DNA of 33,289 nucleotides from the IMG/VR virus record IMGVR_UViG_3300033067_001137, positions 1 through 33,289 of that record; one strand, 5' to 3'. Below, in pieces: positions 25,722-33,289 of the stretch (position 1 is its first letter; each line of letters opens with the position of its first letter). The translations under genes were made by a program, and so were the position numbers. Source of the DNA: a virus. Lineage: Duplodnaviria; Caudoviricetes. The notes under the pieces are model-generated. The model ran no database searches. It saw only the letters and a program-made list of their open reading frames with translations, and had not been told where the DNA came from.

Positions 25722-26252
25722 CTACCCGTCCTGCCGCTTGACGGCGGGGGCCTCTCCCGTGGGCGCGGCCTGGCTCGAGCTTGCATCGTGCTCGATGGTT
25801 GCACCATGCAACGATCGCTCGCGCATCGCATCCAGTGACACGACCACGACGCGCACGCCTTGCCCCGCTGTCTCCCCCCATGCCTGCCGCTGCCGTGCCT
25901 GCAACCACGCAAGCCCCGCGCGCGCATCGGGCTCCACGTACTCGCGCAGCCGATGCACGTCGCCGAATTTGTCGAGCTTTTCGGCCCAGCGCGTGACGCC
26001 GACTGCGCGCGAGTAGAGCGCGCGCGCCACGCGCTCATCGTGCGCTGGGCCGAGCGTGCCGAGCACGTCCGGCGACTCGGTGACAGCTGCGAGAGGAATG
26101 CCGAGCCGCGCGGCGATCTCCTCATCCGTCAGGCCGGCTAGGGCAAGCTCGCGGATGGTGGGCAGCGCGGCAGGCACTGCGGGCGCTCGCGGGCCGGCGG
26201 GCGCTACAGGGGCGAATGGGTCGCGATCATCATCATCGGTAGATGCGTCCAT
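25722..26252 (-). CDS. terS: Terminase small subunit (176 aa)
   Basis: HTH (GLTDEEIAARLGI), RVARALYSRAVG, PDARAGLAWLQARQ..AW motifs; upstream of TerL. Confidence 0.85.
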   Translation of the reverse strand: MDASTDDDDRDPFAPVAPAGPRAPAVPAALPTIRELALAGLTDEEIAARLGIPLAAVTESPDVLGTLGPAHDERVARALYSRAVGVTRWAEKLDKFGDVHRLREYVEPDARAGLAWLQARQRQAWGETAGQGVRVVVVSLDAMRERSLHGATIEHDASSSQAAPTGEAPAVKRQDG

Positions 26253-26321
26253 TCGGCGAGGGTAGGACGGGAGCGGCAGGTATGGGAAGCGTGCATAAAC
26301 CGCGCGCATAAACGCGACCCA

Positions 26322-26563
26322 TGTAACGTTTGTAACGGCGTTACATAGGGTGTAACGGCGGCGGTTTGCCGTTACATAGCCGTTACATATCTGCGGCCCC
26401 TATTTTTATAGGCTTGTAACACTAGTAACAGTTGTAACTAGGGGGGGGGCTTAGGAGCAAGAAAAAGTTTAGGACTTCCTAGTGTAACGGCGTTACAGGC
26501 CGTTACACGTTACACTGTCATTCCTGACATGGTGCCTCTGTAGACGTTTGTAACGCCTGTAAC
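26322..26563. repeat. Cluster of TGTAAC/GTTACA repeats; candidate replication origin
   Basis: 8 TGTAAC plus 6 GTTACA copies in about 240 bp, two identical palindromes TGTAACG-G-CGTTACA (26331-26345, 26483-26497), central AT-rich stretch and G9 run. Confidence 0.8.
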
Positions 26564-26621
26564 GCCGTGCCGCCGTCATTACTGCACCGCATACTAACCG
26601 CATAGTGGTCGCTGTCTCAGA

Positions 26622-26670
26622 TGACATGCGCCCAGTGACATGATCCGCGTGACATGGTGCGAGTGACATG
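26622..26670. repeat. Four TGACATG direct repeats at exact 14-bp period
   Basis: Copies at 26622, 26636, 26650, 26664; a fifth at 26525. Confidence 0.85.
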
Positions 26671-26737
26671 AGAGGGTATGCGCGTCGGGAGTTTATGCAT
26701 CACTTCACAGAGTCAGTAACCCAAAGAGGCCAGGACC

Positions 26738-26929
26738 ATGACTAAGAAAGACTATGAACTGATCGCTACGATTCTGGACGGCCAGACAATCGTGGCGCCG
26801 TCGCAAATGGCTCAGGCATGCCGCGAGCAGCGCGATACGTATGCGCGCGCCTTTGCCGATGCGCTAGCGCGCCAGAACCCGCGTTTCGACCGCGAGAGGT
26901 TTCTGGCCGCTTGCGGGGTGGCGTCGTGA
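26738..26929 (+). CDS. Small phage protein (63 aa)
   Basis: MTKKDYELIA...NPRFDRERFLAAC pattern familiar from phage early genes; AGGA RBS. Confidence 0.8.
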   Translation: MTKKDYELIATILDGQTIVAPSQMAQACREQRDTYARAFADALARQNPRFDRERFLAACGVAS

Positions 26930-27156
26930 TCTGCACGCAAGCCGACGCGCGCCGGCTGATAGCGCGTTACTTTCCCGGTCACGTGGTCAAGCTCACGACT
27001 GGCTGCACGATCATTCAACCGCCGCTGTTTGAGGTCGCGAACGGGAAACCAATGGTGGCCGTGCGCAAACTCGCCACGGGACCGCATTCCGCCGTCGCAA
27101 TCGGCCGCATGGCGCTGACTGGTGCGATTGATTGGCAATGGGACGGTGCGCAGTGA
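26926..27156 (+). CDS. Hypothetical protein (76 aa)
   Basis: GTGA-coupled start at 26926. Confidence 0.6.
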   Translation: MICTQADARRLIARYFPGHVVKLTTGCTIIQPPLFEVANGKPMVAVRKLATGPHSAVAIGRMALTGAIDWQWDGAQ

Positions 27157-27184
27157 TGCGCGCCGCCGCCTGACGCGACGGCGC

Positions 27185-27265
27185 AGCCTGTAGCGCATGC
27201 CAGTTCCGGCGTGCGCTGCGGGGTGCGAGTTGCACCGGGCAACAGAGACTGAGGAACATACGATG
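27185..27265 (+). promoter_or_regulatory. Structured intergenic leader, copy 1 (double hairpin plus conserved RBS block)
   Basis: AGCCTGTAGCG...stem with G-U pairs, second hairpin, then CAGAGACTGAGGAACATACGATG; matches 28001-28079. Confidence 0.7.
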
Positions 27266-27994
27266 GATGCCAACGAAACGATGCCGGCCGCCGCGCTGGC
27301 GACTGACGACACCGCCACCACGACGCGCCCGTGCGCCGTCTGGTCCGGGCCGATGGATACGCTGCGCGCGCTGCTCACGGTCGCGGGCGAGCGTGATGTG
27401 CGGTTCTACCTGAACGGCGTATGCCTGGATACCACCGGGCCAGCACCCGTGTTCGTCGCGACCGACGGCGCGCGCATGCTGGTCGTGCGCGCCGAGCCGC
27501 TGGTCAGCACGCTCCCGCCGGGCTGCTACGTAATTCCGCGCGCGATGCTCGAGGCCGTCAAGCCGGTCAAGCTCGGCCGCGGGCAGGGCGACGCGCCCGT
27601 GACGCTGACTGTCCTGGCGCCGGTCGCGGGCACCGACACGGGCCGCGCGGAACTGGTCGGCGCCACGACGGCATCGGCGCCCCTGGTCGACGGCAGATTC
27701 CCGGACTGGCGCCGCGTCGTGCCGTCCAATCTGACCGGCATCGCGTCGCAGTTCAATACGGATTACCTGGCCGACTTCGGGACCGTGGCGCGGCTGCTCG
27801 CGGGGGCGAAACGTACCCAGAGATGCTTCCCGACGTTCGCGCACGCGGGCGACATCGGCGGGCGCAAGGGCGATCACGGCGCCGCGCTGGTCACGTTCCC
27901 GCGCTCCCCGGATGCGTTTGGCGTCCTGATGCCCATGCGCACCGATTCGGTGCCGACCGTGGCGCCGCACTGGGCAGGATGCTGGACCGACTGA
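27263..27994 (+). CDS. DNA polymerase III beta-clamp-like protein, partial-length homologue (243 aa)
   Basis: DVRFYLNGV, VATDGARM, LVDGRFPDWRRVVP, FNTDYL and VLMPMR match DnaN central and C-terminal domain motifs. Confidence 0.85.
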   Translation: MDANETMPAAALATDDTATTTRPCAVWSGPMDTLRALLTVAGERDVRFYLNGVCLDTTGPAPVFVATDGARMLVVRAEPLVSTLPPGCYVIPRAMLEAVKPVKLGRGQGDAPVTLTVLAPVAGTDTGRAELVGATTASAPLVDGRFPDWRRVVPSNLTGIASQFNTDYLADFGTVARLLAGAKRTQRCFPTFAHAGDIGGRKGDHGAALVTFPRSPDAFGVLMPMRTDSVPTVAPHWAGCWTD

Positions 27995-28000
27995 GCCGCT

Positions 28001-28079
28001 AGCCTGTAGCGGCTGCGCTCGCGGCGGCCGCTATAGGATGCCGGCTCGGCATCGGGCAGAGACTGAGGGACATACCATG
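28001..28079 (+). promoter_or_regulatory. Structured intergenic leader, copy 2
   Basis: AGCCTGTAGCG...CGCTATAGG stem, GATGCCG/CGGCATC hairpin, then CAGAGACTGAGGGACATACCATG. Confidence 0.7.
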
Positions 28080-28628
28080 ACCATGAAATCGGACTTTCTC
28101 ACGCTGCGACGCGGCACCAGCCGCGGTCGCGATACCTACGGCTACAACCTGGTCACCGCGACCAGCAGCCGCACCGGGCGCAAGTACCGCACGTGCGGCG
28201 GCGGCTATGACATGGCCGGGACCGTGCTTGGCGACTACCTGCAGGACGTGGCGCAGGACCGGCTTGCGGCGCTGCGCGCCACGCTGCCGCCCAAGCGCAA
28301 GCCGGACCACTGGGCGCCCGTCGGGCTGACGCTCGGCGGCGTCGACTGGGACGGCCGCGCCGGCTATGACGTGGTGGCCGAACCGGCGCCCGATACGCGC
28401 GACGGCCCCGGCAACCCGCTGGAGCTCGACGTGTGGACCGTGGTGCTTGAGGCATGGTCCGACGGGACCGATCGCATCGGCCTGCCGGCGGGCGTGTACG
28501 TCGTGCCCGATGAGTTGCCGGCCGATACGCTCGCGCATATCGTCGAGGCATGCGCGCAGGACTGGCACGACTGCCACAGTCCGGGCGCGCGGCTCGCGGA
28601 GCGCGATGACCTCGAGCGGGAGGAATAG
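28077..28628 (+). CDS. Hypothetical phage protein (183 aa) with CGGGYDMAGT motif
   Basis: GAGGGA RBS; good codon bias. Confidence 0.75.
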   Translation: MTMKSDFLTLRRGTSRGRDTYGYNLVTATSSRTGRKYRTCGGGYDMAGTVLGDYLQDVAQDRLAALRATLPPKRKPDHWAPVGLTLGGVDWDGRAGYDVVAEPAPDTRDGPGNPLELDVWTVVLEAWSDGTDRIGLPAGVYVVPDELPADTLAHIVEACAQDWHDCHSPGARLAERDDLEREE

Positions 28629-28631
28629 GGC

Positions 28632-28697
28632 GTGCTGCAATTCATCACGGGGCTTGTGGCGCTGATCGCCTGGGCCATTCTGACGGGGAGGGACTGA
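28632..28697 (+). CDS. 21-aa hydrophobic peptide MLQFITGLVALIAWAILTGRD
   Basis: GGAGG RBS plus GTG; fills the gap between two genes; below the ORF-track size cut-off. Confidence 0.55.
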   Translation: MLQFITGLVALIAWAILTGRD

Positions 28698-28698
28698 C

Positions 28699-28935
28699 AT
28701 GGTGATGACACTGAAGGATCACGCGGACATCGAGTCCGAGGGCGCGCGCTCGCCGTACCAGGAGCGCGTCGCGGCGCTGCACTGGCGCGTCACTGAGGCC
28801 GCCGCGCGGCGCGATCGGGAGGAACGGCGCACGCTGCGCCTGCTGCGACTGATCGAAGCGAGCAACGCGCGCCACGCGGCGGCCTGTAACGACGTGGTGC
28901 AGGCGCTGACCGAACTGAGGGGGATGCGCGCATGA
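28699..28935 (+). CDS. Hypothetical protein (78 aa)
   Basis: GGGGAGGG RBS; ATGA overlap with next gene. Confidence 0.7.
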   Translation: MVMTLKDHADIESEGARSPYQERVAALHWRVTEAAARRDREERRTLRLLRLIEASNARHAAACNDVVQALTELRGMRA

Positions 28936-29216
28936 GGCTCGTCAGCGACCCGACCGACCCGGACACCATGCCGGAGCGCAACCGCCGCGCCTATGCCGCA
29001 TGGGCGTTCAAGCGCGCTATGGGTGTGGCGCCGCCCGACCCGCTCAACTGCCACGAGCGCGCCGCGGCGGACTATGACCTGGCGATCAAGCGCGTCCGAA
29101 TCCGCAACTGGTGGCGGCTCGAGGGCCGGTGGCGGCAGTGGAACGCGACCGACAAGCCGGCGCCGCTGCTGCTCGGCCCCGATCGCGTGGTGCCGTTCCG
29201 GCGGGTGAAGACATGA
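28932..29216 (+). CDS. Hypothetical protein (94 aa)
   Basis: ATGA coupling at both ends. Confidence 0.68.
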   Translation: MRLVSDPTDPDTMPERNRRAYAAWAFKRAMGVAPPDPLNCHERAAADYDLAIKRVRIRNWWRLEGRWRQWNATDKPAPLLLGPDRVVPFRRVKT

Positions 29217-29431
29217 GCGCCACAAAGGCGCTGCTGCGCCAGCTGCGCGACTACTCCAATCAGTGCGGTTACTGGCCGCCCGTGTGGTTCGTGGGGCCGC
29301 GGACCTACCGCGCTGTCTGCCGGGAGATGGACGCGACCGCCGGGCATTGCTGCGCGGATACGGTCGGCGTGCCGGTGCGCTGGCGAGTCATCAACGGAAC
29401 GGAACTGCACTGCATCGGGGGCAAGCCATGA
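29213..29431 (+). CDS. Hypothetical Cys-containing protein (72 aa)
   Basis: ATGA-coupled start at 29213 and stop overlapping next ATG. Confidence 0.62.
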   Translation: MSATKALLRQLRDYSNQCGYWPPVWFVGPRTYRAVCREMDATAGHCCADTVGVPVRWRVINGTELHCIGGKP

Positions 29432-29646
29432 ACGACAACGAACGCAAGCGCCGCGGCACTGTGCCCGACGACGTGGTGCGCCGCATCCGCGCCGTATTCG
29501 ACGCGCGCGCCGCCGTGCGCCATCCGTCCGACGCGGACCTGGTGCGCGAGACGGGACTCAACCGCCGCGTAATCCGGGCGATCGGCGCGCGGCATCTGTA
29601 CAAGGGAGTGCCGGATGATGACACTGGGAATAAACCTGCGATCTAG
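29428..29646 (+). CDS. Small HTH-like DNA-binding protein (72 aa)
   Basis: DDVVRRIRA...SDADLVRETGLNRRVIRAI....YKGV helix-turn-helix pattern; ATGA-coupled. Confidence 0.62.
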   Translation: MNDNERKRRGTVPDDVVRRIRAVFDARAAVRHPSDADLVRETGLNRRVIRAIGARHLYKGVPDDDTGNKPAI

Positions 29647-29658
29647 GAGGGGCCTGAC

Positions 29659-29859
29659 ATGGGCGTATTGGGCGACGCGATCCGCAAGATCGTGGACAGC
29701 AAGGATGCCGAAATCGAAGCGCAGCGCCGAAGGGTCGAGCAACTGGAAACGGCGCTGTTGAAGTGGATCAACGCTCCGTGCCCGTGCGGCTGCGCCGCGT
29801 GTATGGAACTGCTGGACGATACGGACGGACTACCTGAAAGCGCAACAGCACCGCGCTAG
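29659..29859 (+). CDS. Hypothetical protein (66 aa), coiled coil plus CPCGCAAC
   Basis: AGGAGG RBS; last gene before a plus-strand terminator. Confidence 0.7.
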   Translation: MGVLGDAIRKIVDSKDAEIEAQRRRVEQLETALLKWINAPCPCGCAACMELLDDTDGLPESATAPR

Positions 29860-32207
29860 AACGTCTCACCCGCTAATTCGCTGACAGACGCGAAGCTATC
29901 GCCCGCCGCTGGTTCATCCACGGCGGGCGTTTTTTCGCCGACCGTCTCCGGCAGCGGGCGCTTCCAGGCGCGCACGATACGCGCACCGTCGCGCACCGTT
30001 GCCGAGCGCCAGCCATGCAGCCGCAGCACGCTACGGATACGGTCCTTCGCGGCATTCGTTTGGTCGCGCACGGGCAACTCGATGCCGTGCAGCATGATGT
30101 CCTCGGGCGTGACGTGCTGGTAGCGGCTCGCGTAGCGGATGATTGGCCCAGTCCAGGCGTCCTCGCTGCGCGCGTTGTCGGTGAGCCGCCGCGCCTCGGC
30201 CTCGGGCACCAGCCAATAAGGCTCGCCAGCCTGATAGCGCGCGACCGCCTCGGCGAATATCTGCTCCCGGTTCTGCGTGAGCCACACAAGATCAATCTCA
30301 CGCATCAGCACGCGCCAGAATCGGCGCGCGCCCGTGTCGTCCTTCACCCAGTCGTCGCGGTTCGTGGTGCCGGCGAACACGCACTGGCGCGGATAGTCGC
30401 CGGCCATGCGCCCGTAACTCGCGCGATAGGTGTCCACGCGGTTCGTGATGACCTGCTTGACCTTGGTGACCTCGGCCTTGTTCATGCTGTCGAGCTCGCC
30501 AATCTCAATCAGCAGCTTCCCCTTCATGTTCTGCAGGAAGTCCTTGCTGTCGATGCGCTCGGTCGCCTCGGTGAACCATTCGCCGCCGAGCACGCGCAGC
30601 GCCGTCGACTTGCGCGCGCCCTGGTTCCCCTCGAACACCGGCACATAGTCGACCTGACAGCCGGGTTTCAGGATGCGCGCCACCATGCCCATGATGAAGT
30701 TGCGGCTGACGGCCTGGTGATACTCGTTCGGATCGCAGCCGAAGCCGCGCTCGAGCATGAAGTCGAGCCGCGCGACCTGATCCCAGCGCAGCCCGGTCAG
30801 CCAGTCCTGCGCACTGTTGCGCTGGTTCGTGAACAGGTGGAGCTCGAGGCCCGCCTTGACGCGCGCGGGCGTCATCTTGTGGAGGCGCACGTCTCGCTGC
30901 AGCCAGACGGTCAGGCGGGTGAAGTCGGCGTCCTGAATCGGCCGCGGCACCGGCTCGTTCCAGTCGGTCATTCCGCGCTGCAGGAACGTGTCGAACCAGA
31001 ACCGATCGCGCAGCGCGAACGTCACCGCGCGCAGCACCGTGTCCTCGTTCGGCGGCGGCGTGCCGTTGCCGACGTTGACCTCGAGGCCCATTGACTGCCA
31101 CAACGATCGCTCGCCGCGCGCATCGGTCGCGGGCAGCTTCGGAGACGTGGTGACGGTGCCCTCGACGGAAGTCGTCGGCGCCGGCTCAGGGAGGGAGTGC
31201 GGAGAGGGGGCCGCAGCGTCCTGGGCGTTGTCGACCGTGGCCGGCGCCGACCGCTGCAAGGTTATCAGATAGCGCCGGTCCTCGCGAACGATCCACGCGG
31301 CCAGCTGCTCGGCCGTCCAGCCGAGCGCCATCGCGTCCGCGGCGTCCCATCCCTCTGGCTGGCCCTCGGGGACGATGATGCGCAGTTCACTGCTGTCGTG
31401 CGCGGCCAGCAGTCGCCCGCTGATCGCGGCCATCGCCTCGCGGCCCGGCTGGTCTGCATCCGGCCAGAAGTCGACGTTGCGCCCGATGAGCGGCGTCCAG
31501 TCGGCGGTGTCATACGCCTTCGCGCCGCCCGCCCAGGTCATCACGACATGCGTTCGCAGCACTGGGCGCAGCGCATCGGCGGCCTTCTCACCCTCGACCA
31601 GCATCACGCGCTTGGTCGGCTTGGCGGCTTGCAGCAGGTCGAGGCCATACAGCGGGCGCGGCTTGGGATACGCGCGAGCGACCCACTGGCCGCCCATCCA
31701 GCGCCACGGGCTGAATTGCTTGCGGCCGTCCTCGCCCTCGTAGCGGCAGACGTAGAATAGCGCGCCGTCGCTGTCGGCATACCGATAGGTCGCGACCGGC
31801 TCACCGTGCCGACGATGCCGGCCGGGCACCAGCGCGTCGCCCGGCGGGCGCTCCGGCGGCGCCTCGATCACGACCGGCTCACGCGGCGGCTCGGCGTGGT
31901 GGTGGTGGCCGTTCATGCGCGGCGGCGGCGCATCGGACTCCGCGCCGAGCTCGCGCGCCGCCTCCAACTGCCCCAAGCCGCGGATCGCCGCATACAGCGA
32001 CAGCAGGTCGCCGCCCTTGGCGCCCTCGGCGAAGTCGGCCCAGCGGCCGGTCTCAAGGTTGACGCACAGGCTGTCGCCTGGGTCGCCGCGCAGGTTCCCG
32101 ATGACGTACTCGCGCCCGCGGCGCTTGCCGCCCGGCAGCCACGATGAGACGTGCCGCTCGGCGTCCGGCAGCAACGAGGCTGCGAACGCCTGAAAGTTGA
32201 CCGACAT
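29856..32207 (-). CDS. Primase-helicase: N-terminal domain plus Toprim plus VirE/VapE-like P-loop helicase (783 aa)
   Basis: AGGGGG RBS before ATG 32207; Toprim LVEGEKAAD and WPDAD; Walker A EGNQGARKST, IEIGELD, YRASYGR, FAGTTN, DDTGARRFW. Confidence 0.92.
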   Translation of the reverse strand: MSVNFQAFAASLLPDAERHVSSWLPGGKRRGREYVIGNLRGDPGDSLCVNLETGRWADFAEGAKGGDLLSLYAAIRGLGQLEAARELGAESDAPPPRMNGHHHHAEPPREPVVIEAPPERPPGDALVPGRHRRHGEPVATYRYADSDGALFYVCRYEGEDGRKQFSPWRWMGGQWVARAYPKPRPLYGLDLLQAAKPTKRVMLVEGEKAADALRPVLRTHVVMTWAGGAKAYDTADWTPLIGRNVDFWPDADQPGREAMAAISGRLLAAHDSSELRIIVPEGQPEGWDAADAMALGWTAEQLAAWIVREDRRYLITLQRSAPATVDNAQDAAAPSPHSLPEPAPTTSVEGTVTTSPKLPATDARGERSLWQSMGLEVNVGNGTPPPNEDTVLRAVTFALRDRFWFDTFLQRGMTDWNEPVPRPIQDADFTRLTVWLQRDVRLHKMTPARVKAGLELHLFTNQRNSAQDWLTGLRWDQVARLDFMLERGFGCDPNEYHQAVSRNFIMGMVARILKPGCQVDYVPVFEGNQGARKSTALRVLGGEWFTEATERIDSKDFLQNMKGKLLIEIGELDSMNKAEVTKVKQVITNRVDTYRASYGRMAGDYPRQCVFAGTTNRDDWVKDDTGARRFWRVLMREIDLVWLTQNREQIFAEAVARYQAGEPYWLVPEAEARRLTDNARSEDAWTGPIIRYASRYQHVTPEDIMLHGIELPVRDQTNAAKDRIRSVLRLHGWRSATVRDGARIVRAWKRPLPETVGEKTPAVDEPAAGDSFASVSELAGETF
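29900..29935 (+). terminator. Rho-independent terminator of the plus-strand cassette, embedded in the primase 3' end
   Basis: 9-bp stem CGCCCGCCG/CGGCGGGCG followed by TTTTTT. Confidence 0.8.
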
Positions 32208-32209
32208 GG

Positions 32210-32395
32210 TTATCCCCCTTGCGACAGACGGAGGAGCTTCAGCGCGCTCTCCGGCATGTTCCGCGTGCCGCGCAGCCAGCATCGCACGGCTTGCGGACTC
32301 TTGCATACCACGTCCGCGACCGCACGCGGCGTCATGCCACGCTGTCGCATGGTGCGGCGCAGTTCGGCCGCTCGCTGTTGCGGTGTCATCACCAC
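32210..32395 (-). CDS. Cro-like HTH transcriptional regulator (about 60 aa)
   Basis: GMTPRAVADVVCKSPQAVRCWLRGTRNMP HTH pattern; start 32395 or 32389. Confidence 0.75.
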   Translation of the reverse strand: MVMTPQQRAAELRRTMRQRGMTPRAVADVVCKSPQAVRCWLRGTRNMPESALKLLRLSQGG

Positions 32396-32778
32396 TGCTC
32401 CCCATCCAGAATGATCCGGGCATCGTCCACGTCGCGGAACACGCCCGCGCGCCCGCCGTGCTCGCGCACCGTGCGGATGAACGCGACCTGCTCCGGCGAC
32501 GTGCGACCGCGCGCCGTCTTGCCCTCAAGCGCCGCGAACAGCGCGACCCGATCGCCCACCATGTCCGGCGTGATGATGAGACTGCGCCAACCGATGAGGT
32601 CGCTGCTGCCGTTGCACAGGCCGAAGTTGACGACCTGGTAGTCCTCAATCAACAGCATGCGCTCGGTTTTCTTAACGATGCGCCCGCGGTACGCGCTGCC
32701 GACGTTGTTGCGGAAAAGCCGCACGTCGCCGTTCGAAAGCGCGAGGCGCGTGTCGCGGACGATGGTTGTTTCTTTCAC
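32389..32778 (-). CDS. VRR-NUC domain nuclease (129 aa)
   Basis: LFRNNVG, GSSDLIG, ALEGK..GRTSPEQ..F...GGRAGV motifs; GTGA-coupled start at 32778. Confidence 0.9.
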   Translation of the reverse strand: MKETTIVRDTRLALSNGDVRLFRNNVGSAYRGRIVKKTERMLLIEDYQVVNFGLCNGSSDLIGWRSLIITPDMVGDRVALFAALEGKTARGRTSPEQVAFIRTVREHGGRAGVFRDVDDARIILDGEQW

Positions 32779-33008
32779 TTCCAAGCCCCCGGCGGAAACC
32801 GGGCGCAAAACGCTTCCGGGTTTCTGGTCACACCTTTCGCGTGCTCCCGGCAGGTGTACACGCCCTCGTCCTCGCCGCGGAAGTAGCTGAACTGAATGCA
32901 AACCCATCCTTCGGCCTGCTGGTTGCAGCCCGTCGCTTGGCACTTCTTCTGCGTGCCGGGCTTCAATTTCCTTGCGGAATCGAACCGCGGATAGTTGCGT
33001 CTAATCAT
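32775..33008 (-). CDS. Small putative Zn-binding protein (77 aa)
   Basis: CQATGC...CREH; ATGA-coupled start at 33008. Confidence 0.65.
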   Translation of the reverse strand: MIRRNYPRFDSARKLKPGTQKKCQATGCNQQAEGWVCIQFSYFRGEDEGVYTCREHAKGVTRNPEAFCARFPPGAWK

Positions 33009-33208
33009 CGCGACCGCTCCATCAGCTTCCGCAACAGCGGATTGCTGCGCGTGATGTTCGCGGCAATATCCGCGCTCCATAGCTTCATGCGCGATATGCC
33101 GCCACGAATCGCGAAGCGATGGCAGTGATGCTTGTACTCGCCGTGCATGCGCTTGACCGGCTCGCAGCACGGCGCGTGCATCAAATACTCTAGCGTGTCG
33201 TGCTTCAT
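33005..33208 (-). CDS. Hypothetical protein (67 aa)
   Basis: ATGA overlaps at both ends. Confidence 0.6.
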   Translation of the reverse strand: MKHDTLEYLMHAPCCEPVKRMHGEYKHHCHRFAIRGGISRMKLWSADIAANITRSNPLLRKLMERSR

Positions 33209-33288
33209 CGCCGCGTCACGTCCTGCGGGTCGCGGGGGCCGTCCGCCTCCGGCAGCGCCGGCAACGGCATCCAGTGCGACGGCGCGTT
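33205..33288 (-). CDS. C-terminus of a DUF551-like phage protein (truncated by window edge)
   Basis: Reads NAPSHWMPLPALPE...; HWMPLP is the hallmark C-terminal motif; stop overlaps next ATG. Confidence 0.7.
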   Translation of the reverse strand, partial: NAPSHWMPLPALPEADGPRDPQDVTRR

Positions 33289-33289
33289 G

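Larger units (their letters stand above)
1..33289. mobile_element. Podovirus-like tailed phage genome segment (phage or prophage; lifestyle not determinable)
   Basis: Complete packaging-head-adaptor-nozzle-ejection-lysis gene order plus primase/helicase and VRR-NUC; tightly coupled genes with ATGA/GTGA overlaps; no host housekeeping genes. Confidence 0.96.

Noticed and set aside
26322-26670. Possible CRISPR or mini-array
   Set aside because: Repeats are only 6-8 bp with short spacers and mixed orientation; no cas genes
27011-28711. Minus-strand ORFs over the plus-strand cassette
   Set aside because: Plus-strand genes have RBSs, coupling and recognisable motifs; these ORFs have none
32208-32648. 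N-terminal 147 aa of the 930-aa ORF-track primase
   Set aside because: Overlaps the HTH and VRR-NUC genes; true start is ATG 32207 with RBS
1-33289. Stop-codon reassignment or diversity-generating retroelement
   Set aside because: Genes are intact under the standard code with TAG, TGA and TAA all used as stops; no reverse transcriptase or TR/VR pair seen

Overview
The whole window is part of a high-GC tailed dsDNA phage or prophage with a podovirus-type layout. No tape-measure, sheath or tail-tube gene is evident, and embedded Rz/Rz1 spanins point to a Gram-negative host. The minus strand from about 26.3 kb down to 0.27 kb carries one long late region: TerS, HNH endonuclease, TerL, portal, a 7.3-kb accessory block, Zn-ribbon, scaffold, major capsid, decoration protein, adaptor, nozzle, GNAT, three ejection proteins, a short tail fibre and the lysis cassette. 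A repeat-rich non-coding region (26.3-26.7 kb, candidate origin/control region) is followed by a plus-strand cassette of small genes, including a partial beta-clamp homologue. Then come minus-strand replication genes: Toprim-VirE primase/helicase, Cro-like HTH and VRR-NUC. The most unusual element is the block between portal and scaffold (13566-20889). It holds a Pro-rich 8-repeat protein, two small beta-sandwich proteins, a Zn-finger, two LamG lectin paralogues, a lyase-like protein whose N-terminus resembles the start of the repeat protein, and a signal-peptide-bearing, Cys-paired beta-helix protein. This may be a modular glycan-binding/degrading appendage system, but that is a hypothesis. 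All product calls come from motif recognition and gene order only; no database searches were run. No integrase, tRNA, rRNA or CRISPR array was seen.
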